Assembly (NCBI GenBank): GCA_964016885.1
Contig: OZ024741.1
Coordinates: 82,770,001-82,834,000, forward strand
Reading direction: 5' to 3'
Origin: Eledone cirrhosa
Lineage: Eukaryota
Length of the DNA: 64,000 nt
This document shows, one piece after another, positions 55,683 to 64,000 of the stretch. Within the stretch, counting starts at the first letter, position 1; every line of letters starts with the position of its first letter. The translations under genes were made by a program, and so were the position numbers. Under the pieces are notes generated by a model. The model was not told the origin of the DNA. It did not search any database and saw only the letters and a program-made list of their open reading frames with translations.

Positions 55683-58600
55683 CCTTGAATCTCAGTCATT
55701 GATGTTGGTTAACTGGAAAGTCCGTTGGATTGAATATCAAGCCACTACCTGCAGCCTCAGATATTCAGGACGTATCGGAGGGTTCTTGCCGTTCCAAGCA
55801 AGCATGCCTTTTGAAGCGTTCCAAAAAGCGTGAAGGGGCCGATTTTCTTTAACCATCCCTGGAAACCTTTGGAGATAGTCCCCAGTGCGCCTATGACAAT
55901 CGGGATCACTTTGACTTCATGGCAGTTCCAAATCCTTTTCACCTCCCACTTTAGGTCCTGGTATCGGTTAATTTTCTCCCTCTCCTTCTCTTGCACTCTC
56001 GTGTCGAACGGGCAGGCCACATCCACAATCAGGCACGATCTTTTTTCTTTGTCCACAACCACCAGGTCAGGTCTATTGTGTTCCAGTTTTTTGTCCGTCT
56101 GTATCCTAAAATCCCACAGCACCTTCACCTGATTGTTCTCCATCACCGCCTCTGGCCTATGCTCATACCATTTCTCAGAATGTGGTAGGTTGTTTACTTT
56201 GCACAGGTGCCAGTGGATCACCCTGCCCATCACATCGTGTCTCCAGCCCTTATAGTGGGTCTGGGCTAGGTGTTTACACTCGGACACAATGTGAGCCACA
56301 GTCTCCTCTCTCTCTCCACAGATCCTGCACAGTGGGCTAGCCTCCTCCTTGTAGATATGGTGCTTCAACCACTTCGTTTTGAGGGCCTGCTCCTGCGCAG
56401 CCATTAGCATTCCTTCTGTAGCCTTTTTGAGGTCTCCTCTTCTCAACCAGTTCCATGTCTGTGGATCTCTAAATTCAGTTTTCTCAAAGAAGGTACTATG
56501 AAGGGATTTTCCCTTAAGGCTGCTCTTCCTCCTTGATGTTATTTCCTCCTTGGGTATCCCCTGGCCTACTGTCCCCTCCTTCAGTACAGCTCTGAGCATT
56601 GGCTCCTTACTATAGGTCACGTATTTGTATAGGTTGTTTTTCTCCATCTGAACACAGTCCTCTATGCTGATAAGACCTCTTCCACCCTCAGATCTCCTTA
56701 GGTAGAGTCTATCGACATCACTCCTCTTGTGGAACATGTTGTAGATAGTCAATAGCTTCCTAGTCTTCCTATCCATTTCTTTTTGTTCAGCAACATTCCA
56801 TCTCAGAATTCCCGCACTGTACCTAATAATAGACACAGCTCGGGAATTTACTGCGCTTATGGCATTTCTGCTGTTCAGATGTGACTTCAATACGCTCCTT
56901 ACTCTCCGAATGTATTCAGTTCTTAACAATTCCTTCATTTTTTTGTTCTTTATGCCATCAGCCTCCAGAACGCCCAAATACTTGTATCCTTCCTCAGAGT
57001 CAATTTCCTTTATCATCTCACCTGTTGGTATCTGGATCCCGTTACTTCTGCTCAACCTACCCCTCCTCATCACAATGACTCCACATTTACCAATACCAAA
57101 CTGCATACATATATCACTGCTGAAAATACGGACAGTGTCAACAAGCACATCCAACTCCTTCTCACTTTTCCCGAAGAGCTTAAGATCGTCCATGAAGAGG
57201 AGGTGATTGATGGTAAGCTCTCCCCTTCCCAACTTGTATCCTGCTCTCACTTTTCGCAGCATAATGGTCAAGGGCATCAGGGCAAGGACAAACAACAGAG
57301 GGGACAGGCTATCTCCCTGGAAGATACCTCTCTTGATCTTCACGCTTCCCAAGGATACTCCAGTTGATGTCAACTCTGTCTCCCAGGACCCCATACTCCT
57401 GCCCAGCAACTGTCTGATGTTATCTGCCACCCTGAAGATCTCCAGGCTTTTGGTGATCCAGGAATGAGGCACCATGTCAAATGCCTTTCTGTAGTCTATC
57501 CATCCCATGGCAAGATCAGTGTGTCTCCTCCTGCAATTCCCCATTACCATCTTATCAATAAGCAACTGGTCCTTTGTACCACGTGACTTCTTTCGGCATC
57601 CTTTCTGTTCGTCCGGCAACAAGTTGTTTGTGTGGAGGTGATGGTAGATTTCCTCAGACACAATGCTCGTCAACAGTTTCCACATTACGGGCAGACATGT
57701 GATAGGTCTATAGTTGGTAACATCATTACCCTTGATTTGGTCTTTCATTATCAGAACTGTGGTACCTTTTGTCAACCACTCTGGCACCTCACCCGACACC
57801 AAGCAGTCATTGAACATGGCCGTCAGCTTCGGGTGGAGGGATGTTAAATGTTTAATCCAATACCCCTGCACACCATCTGGGCCTGGCGATTTCCAGTTGG
57901 TTAGTTTTTTGGCTTGCCCCTTAAGAGTTTCAACTGTGATACTCAAATCAGTCTGTTGCTGTGCCTGCTCACCGACCTCCCTCTGTACTGTCTCAATCCA
58001 CCCTGCCTGGGCATTGTGTCTAACATCCTGCTCCCATATTCCTCTCCAGAATGTTTTAGCTTGTTCCGCCCCAGGGATCAAGTCGGTGCCTCTTTCTTTC
58101 CCCTCAAGCTGTCCAAACAGCATCTTCTGGTTGTTGTCGAACATGCGGTTCTGTTTATACTGACTGACTCTGTTCTCGTATCGCCTGATTTTGGCACTCT
58201 TTGCTACAATGCGTTGCTTCAATTCCTCTATGATAATATTTAGCTTTTTACTCCTAGTTTTGTATTTTATTTCCAGTCTATTTTTAGTGCCTATGTTTTT
58301 TAGTGTCCCATTCAGTAGTGACTCAAGCTTTCCTATGTCATTTCTCATTTCCCCGATTTGCCCACTCAGTCGCTTCTTCCACCACGGCTCTGCTCTTTCT
58401 TGTCTGTTGTTTCCTCTCGCTTTTATACCAAGTAGTTTCCTCACCGTATTTGCTGTTGCTTTGAGGATATTGTTGCACTGGTGAAGACTCCTCGCCTCAA
58501 GGTATGGGATGACTTTGTTTACCTTAGCTGTTGTTTCTTTTAACTTTTTCCTGTCTACAAATCTTAGGTTCATAGGTCTCCCACTATCATTGTTCAACTC

Positions 58601-59335
58601 ATCTACCACTAAATTTAGGATGTCAACCGAATCTTGTCCTAGCCCGTCAGCATTCATCTCCTCAGTGGCCGTATCTCTGTTCCAGGTATTATTTATCTCA
58701 GTATTCAGATCATTGTCTGCTTCGGGTGGTTCCTCCGCTCTCAGGGCCTCCTCACCTTCATTTCCCGCCGGCTCGCTTGTCTGGCATACTACACCCGCCA
58801 TCTCCAAGCCATTCTCTCTGCTCAGTTCCTCCAGTTCCAGCTCGCTTATCCACCCATTAGTTCTTATTACCCGAGCCTGCCCGGCCAATTTTTGTTCATC
58901 TAATTTAAATAAACCAATCTCGTTCCAGATGTTATGCATCCGTCTCCTGTAGCCCCTCTCCTTGGGGTTACTTTTCAGGTAGCATTGCATAACAGTTCTA
59001 TTCAATTCTTTCGTCCAGTTGGTTCTGGCCCCTTTCCTTCTTCTTCTTCCTCCAACATCAGCAGTATTTCGTTGACAGTCAGGTTCCTGCTGCTGAGCCA
59101 GGGGGCACCTGTTGGGTGAGAGTCTGTCACATGACGTTCTAGTCTCCATTTCACCGTTATTCGAACTGTTTATGTTCGATATTTAAACACTCTTATCGAG
59201 GATTGGCGAATGTATGTTTACATAGCCATCTGTGGATCCGCCATCCCACTTGGCCCTTGTGTGGCATTATCACCACGCTGTATACGGACACACATAAACA
59301 AACAAACACACGGGCAGAAAGGGCCCCAAAAATGA
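55594..59335 (-). mobile_element. Apparently full-length R4/Dong element
   Basis: Single ORF, short 3'UTR and (TAA)n tail. The 5' boundary is approximate. Confidence 0.85.
55757..59149 (-). CDS. R4/Dong-clade non-LTR retrotransposon protein (RT + CCHC + restriction-like endonuclease), 1130 aa, uninterrupted
   Basis: NWKSPGPDG, YRPITCLP, WIDYRKAFD, IFQGDSLSP, FMDDL, CRICGEREETVAHIVSEC, RHD and NRPDLVVVDK..DVACP..EKINRY. An in-frame TAA lies at 59185-59183 upstream of the ATG. Confidence 0.95.
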   Translation of the reverse strand: METRTSCDRLSPNRCPLAQQQEPDCQRNTADVGGRRRRKGARTNWTKELNRTVMQCYLKSNPKERGYRRRMHNIWNEIGLFKLDEQKLAGQARVIRTNGWISELELEELSRENGLEMAGVVCQTSEPAGNEGEEALRAEEPPEADNDLNTEINNTWNRDTATEEMNADGLGQDSVDILNLVVDELNNDSGRPMNLRFVDRKKLKETTAKVNKVIPYLEARSLHQCNNILKATANTVRKLLGIKARGNNRQERAEPWWKKRLSGQIGEMRNDIGKLESLLNGTLKNIGTKNRLEIKYKTRSKKLNIIIEELKQRIVAKSAKIRRYENRVSQYKQNRMFDNNQKMLFGQLEGKERGTDLIPGAEQAKTFWRGIWEQDVRHNAQAGWIETVQREVGEQAQQQTDLSITVETLKGQAKKLTNWKSPGPDGVQGYWIKHLTSLHPKLTAMFNDCLVSGEVPEWLTKGTTVLIMKDQIKGNDVTNYRPITCLPVMWKLLTSIVSEEIYHHLHTNNLLPDEQKGCRKKSRGTKDQLLIDKMVMGNCRRRHTDLAMGWIDYRKAFDMVPHSWITKSLEIFRVADNIRQLLGRSMGSWETELTSTGVSLGSVKIKRGIFQGDSLSPLLFVLALMPLTIMLRKVRAGYKLGRGELTINHLLFMDDLKLFGKSEKELDVLVDTVRIFSSDICMQFGIGKCGVIVMRRGRLSRSNGIQIPTGEMIKEIDSEEGYKYLGVLEADGIKNKKMKELLRTEYIRRVRSVLKSHLNSRNAISAVNSRAVSIIRYSAGILRWNVAEQKEMDRKTRKLLTIYNMFHKRSDVDRLYLRRSEGGRGLISIEDCVQMEKNNLYKYVTYSKEPMLRAVLKEGTVGQGIPKEEITSRRKSSLKGKSLHSTFFEKTEFRDPQTWNWLRRGDLKKATEGMLMAAQEQALKTKWLKHHIYKEEASPLCRICGEREETVAHIVSECKHLAQTHYKGWRHDVMGRVIHWHLCKVNNLPHSEKWYEHRPEAVMENNQVKVLWDFRIQTDKKLEHNRPDLVVVDKEKRSCLIVDVACPFDTRVQEKEREKINRYQDLKWEVKRIWNCHEVKVIPIVIGALGTISKGFQGWLKKIGPFTLFGTLQKACLLGTARTLRYVLNI

Positions 59336-59718
59336 ATAAGCATAAGTTTCATTGTAATGTAGTATTCGAATGTCCGACTTAGTTTTTGTTTTTTAAGTTT
59401 TACTTTCCCCCCCCTCTTCTCTGTCCGTCCGCCTGCTTCTCTCTTCATTCTTATTTTCTTTACGTTTTTGGGGTTTCTTTTTTTGTTTTTGTTTTTCTCT
59501 GTTTTTCTCGTTTTTTACTGTTGTTGCTGTGCTGCTTTTGTTGTTTGTTTTTTCTTTTTTCTTTTGAGTCTATCTATATATTTTGATGCCTTCCTCTTTG
59601 TTAGTAGTAGGAATTCTATAATGTGGAAGTGGTAGCCAGCAGAGACTAGCGGCGTTGGCGATACTGAGACAGTGGTGGCGGTGATGTCGATACCGAGGCA
59701 GCGGTGGCGGTGATGCGA

Positions 59719-60150
59719 CCGTATTACTGTAGTGATGGTGCTGTAGCGGTGGCAGCAGCAGTGAAGGAGTCAGGGGGTGGTGGCGGCGGTGATGGGACAG
59801 CGGGAGCGGTGGCGGTGAAGGTGAAAATGCTGTTGTGTTTAGTGTACACAGATGATGGGGTGGGTGGTGTATCTAGTTTCTGGTGTTGGTGAGTTTCGCT
59901 GTCCTATATAGTGTAGCCAGAGGAGAGGAGGGGGGGGGGTTCTTCTTCTTCCATTTATAGCCATTTTATTTTATTTATTTATTTTTTTTTTTTTTTTTTT
60001 TTTTTTGGAGCCGTATTACTGTAGTGATGGTGCTGTAGCGGTGGCAGCAGCAGTGAAGGAGTCAGGGGGTGGTGGCGGCGGTGATGGGACAGCGGGAGCG
60101 GTGGCGGTGAAGGTGAAAATGCTGTTGTGTTTAGTGTACACAGATGATGG
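59719..60150. repeat. ~130-bp GC-rich direct duplication (59719-59850 and 60011-60150)
   Basis: ccgtattactgtagtgatggtgctgtagcggtggcagcagc...cagatgatggg occurs twice. Confidence 0.9.
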
Positions 60151-60220
60151 GAAAAACCATCCTTCCGCCACAAAAACTGAGGTAAGTGGTTTTCCCCATC
60201 TTTTGCCACTCCTTTTCAAC

Positions 60221-63200
60221 ATGATCTTACTAAGAATAGGCAGCATAAATGCACGTGGCCTGGGGGCCATCATGGAAGCAGGGTCACCTGCTGAACGACC
60301 TCAGGTCAAGGAACATAGATGTGTTGGCAATCAGCGAGACCAGGATTTCCGAGGCAAATACCTTTGCACCCATCTTCGGTGGTTTCAATGTGTACGCATC
60401 TCCAAGCCGGCCGTTGTTTTGTCACTGTGTCGTTTCGGAGAGGCTTGTATCTCGTGATACGGACCATCCTGGAACCAGAGGGTAAGTCGCTGGTGCTGGA
60501 CGTGACCAGCAGCGAAGGCTATGAATTTAGGCTAGTGGCTGTTTATGCCCCGACAGGGGCCGGATGGCGTGATTTCTTCAAGCGACTGGAAAACTTCCTG
60601 GGAACGGCCCGCTCTTTAATATTAGTGGGCGATTGAAATGGGATCTTGGATGCACGCTGGGATTGTGTGGGATTTGCGGATAGGTGGTAGGGTGTAAAAG
60701 CCTCGCAAACCTGCTCAGATGTTTCCAACAGTCTGACAGGTACCGACTTGATTTCCCAAATGTGCCAATGTGGACATGGACAAAACGCATCGGGTCAACC
60801 AGATTGTATCTAGATAGAGTATTTTGTAAGGAAATAGATGGTTGTAGCATAGGTTTTCCACAATACAAAATAGTCGATTACACATACCACGAACAGTGTG
60901 GTTGACTTAGATAGGCTTCATAGAAAGGGACCCAGCTACTGGAAGATAAATGCGTCGTTAATAGAGCGCAAAGCCTACAGAAACCAGATTAGCGAACTAA
61001 TAAACGGGTGATGATGGGGGCCAACGTCAACAACTAATGGTGGTTCGCATAGAACAGGGCGATTAGAATAGAGACGATTAGGTTTAGGTAGGCGTTAGCA
61101 ATAGAGAAAAATAGAGCAGAGACAGAACTAATTAGAAAATTAGACGAGGCGCTTAGTAAAGGCATCGTGACCGACGTGCTTGCGGCGAGATTGGCCCTCG
61201 ACCAATTCTTCAACGCAAAGAAAGAAGGCTGCGTTATCAGTGCTAGCGCTTGCGCTCGCATCCAGGAGTGTACGAAAGCCGTTCGATGGGCCCGAATGGT
61301 AGAGGCACGTCATGGCAACAAAGCCACGATCCGTTCTTTGGAGGAGCACGACGGGCGCATTTTATTCGATCCTGGGCAAATGTGTGCGGCTTTTCAGCCA
61401 AACTCCACATGCTGCTCGGGGGCAGCGGGGGGCCGGATCGCAGGATGGATTCAGTGCCTACCTCGACGGACTCTCTGCCGCTGGGGCCGAATATTGCGAA
61501 AATCCGATACCAGCCGCTGAAGTACGGGTGGCAATGACTGGCTGCGCAATGGGTAAATCGCCTGGTTTGGATGGTCTGCCTTACTAGCTTTACGTACAAA
61601 TGCCAACATTGTTTGGTGACCTCTTGGCGCACGTCTACTGAAACTGGCAGCAGAACGGGGAATTGCAAGCTGTAAGAGCCGAGGAGCGGTGGCGCTGCTG
61701 AGAACAGACCGAAACAAATGGGGGAACATAGATAATTTCATACCTATAACTCTGCTAAACTCAGAGATCAAGATTTTGGCCAATGTGCTAGCAAAGAGGT
61801 TAGCGCTTTTCATCGGTTGTCTGGTGAGAGTGGCGCAGACATGCACCATTCCAGACAGCTCCATCCATGTAAACCTCTACCTCATGCGATACATCGTGGA
61901 GAGGGTAGCTATAGAACATGGCAGCGGTGGGACCTTTATCAATTTAGATCAGTTGAAAGCTTTCGATGGGTCGACCATCGTTATCTTGCGACGGCCCTGG
62001 GAGCGGCCGGCTTATGGCTAGTCTTAAGAGACTGGATTGCTGCAAATAACAGTGACATCTCTGAGGTGAGAGTGAATGGTCACCTTTCTGAACCTTTCAG
62101 CTTGGCACTCGGCCAGCCAAGGATTCCCCCTCTTGTCCCTGTTGTACGTATTGACTCTCAAGCCATTACTGCACAAACTGGAGACGTTGAGTGGGGTCCC
62201 GCGCGAAAAGGGATGCGGGAGAACCATGTCAGCATATGCCAACGACGTCACCGTAGTGGTGTCGAACGTCAAACATATCGAGGCGATCGGCACAACTCTA
62301 ATAGGATACGAGGCGGTGACAGGAGCAATGAGTAACCAGGAAAAGTCGTTGAGCCTTCGGCTCAGCACCTAGAAAGCCAGGTCCATGCCATACAATAGCA
62401 TCGTGGGGCGCTGGATGGATGGACGAATTAAATACTAGGATTCTGGTTCGGTCCAGATATCCAGACGGCCAAAAACTGGGATGAGGTGACGAATAGGGTG
62501 GCCTCTCTCATCCAGAAACGGTTCGTGAGGAAGTTATCCCTAAAACATCGAGCGGAGGTAGCACCCGCGTGCATTGCGTCCGTCATCTGCTACCGCCTGA
62601 CCGACATGTCTTGTCATAAGTCTCACCTTTCTGCGGATGGGACCCGCTCCGATGGTCAGGAGGTGCATCTGCTCTCAACACCCGCTACGTGGAGGGCTGG
62701 GCATGCCGTTGCTGATGATGTGCAGATATACTCGCATGCTATGGCATCACCACCTCTTTCGACGGCGTCTTTCCCCAACTCATCTCCTTGACAGAGATGC
62801 AGTTATGGGTCAAGCGAAGACCGAGAGAAAGTGCTTGGAAGCTGGGATGTCTTCAGGCACACACAGCTTTCGGCCAGTCGGGCGATGCGATCGGTAGAAA
62901 CTCCACCTTGACGTTCTATAGCGGGTTAGAGAAACAGCGCTCTTGGGGACACTCTCCGCGTCGATGAAAATCAACTAGCCATTCTCTTCGGGAGAAATTT
63001 CGGGCTGTGGCCCATGGACAATTTCCAGTGCAGTACTACCGGGGAGATTTGCAAGTTCAAGATAAACTCTACAGGCATGGAAGTGCCGTCAACAGGACCG
63101 AGCATTGCTGACTTGTGGATTTATGTCGATTACCTGATGTTGCGTGTAGGACGGATCCGGCTATCAGCTGAGACCATCTTGAGGATTTCCCCACCGCCTT

Positions 63201-63620
63201 ACTTTCGCCGGGAAAGGGAGGCAGTTTTTATCTGCTTGCTGGCCATGGTGAAAGAGGTCATGTGGTGGACGGGTTTTAAAGGGTTGAAGACGATCACGTA
63301 TCTCTTTGGCGATACTCTGATTAACTTTTTCAAATTTCATTTGAAAAGGAGAATCAGGGTGGAGGGGGAAATGATCCCTTCCCAGCAAGTTGTTGAAAGA
63401 TGAGTGAGAGAGGTAGCATGGCTCGAGTGAATGGGCCTGCTCTGAGTATGTGCCAGTAGATAGAAGGTGGAAAATTGGGAAAAGGCACTGGCCATGGTGG
63501 TCAGGGCCACCAACTCTTTTGTGTATTTTCTCTATGAGTGACCTTCGGAAGTATCCGCCTATTGGAAATTTCTTTTTTTCATTTTTTTTTCGTTACTTCC
63601 TTTGTTATTGTTTCTTTTTC
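60221..63620 (+). mobile_element. Decayed Tx1/L1-clade LINE ORF2 (APE endonuclease + RT) with 3'UTR
   Basis: RIGSINARGL, DVLAISET, VAVYAP, LVGD*N, LDRVF, YWKINAS, KSPGLDGLP, PITLLNSEIKILA, QGFPL and YANDV. Many stops and frameshifts. Confidence 0.9.
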
Positions 63621-63634
63621 TCCTGACACGCAGA

Positions 63635-64000
63635 AATGCTCAAATCCTGCCGATGTTAGATTTGCCTTTCATCCTTACAGGGGTCGATAAAATAAAACAC
63701 CAGTAATGCACTGGTGTCGATTTAATCGACTTTTCCCTCTCTTAAGATTGCTGGCCTTTTTGAAAATGATTATTACTATCCATTGTTTTGCTTACGTCTC
63801 TCAAATGACAGATTGACAATTATTATCGTCATATTGCATCTTTAAACTTATGCTTCGTTTTATGGATTGATAGGTTATAACTTGAAGCAAACGTAATCTG
63901 TTCTAAATAATTGTTTCTATTTTTGGCACACGGCCAGCAATTACCTAGTACATTACTGGTACCTTATTTTATTGACTCCGTAAGGATGAAAGACAAAGTT
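63635..64000. mobile_element. Two tRNA-SINE fragments (63635-63775 +; 63905-64000 -)
   Basis: The core tttgcctttcatccttac..ggtcgataaaataaa and its reverse complement. Confidence 0.85.

Noticed and set aside
55830-59119. Plus-strand ORFs overlapping the R4/Dong ORF
   Set aside because: Antisense shadows of the real coding frame.
59150-59335. Possible 5' ribozyme of the R4/Dong element
   Set aside because: I could not fit an HDV-like or hammerhead fold by eye.

Overview
AT-rich, microsatellite-dense eukaryotic DNA with (TA)n, (CA)n, (GA)n, (ATAC)n and (AAT)n tracts. The repeat families resemble those I associate with octopus/cephalopod genomes (inference only). I could not support any host protein-coding gene; almost all short ORFs in the track are microsatellite artefacts. 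The window is a mosaic of transposable elements: one uninterrupted R4/Dong-type RT+RLE ORF (55757-59149, -) with decayed relatives, several Penelope-like (RT + GIY-YIG) fragments with inverted pseudo-LTRs, decayed Tx1/L1 LINEs, Helitron fragments, a tandem pair of bipartite RTE-derived elements and about 13 tRNA-type SINEs. The main signal not shown by the ORF track is a high density of type I hammerhead ribozyme motifs (CTGANGA...GAAA...UH) from many unrelated families. The best case is a 437-466 nt non-coding tandem family present as two arrays (about 20-800 and 36325-37607). Complete units carry a minimal hammerhead with a palindromic stem III, an ATGCAAAT octamer and conserved hairpins, i.e. 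a retrozyme/satellite-2-like system. Small fold-back insertions built from hammerhead 3' halves also recur. All structures were read by eye and element boundaries are approximate.
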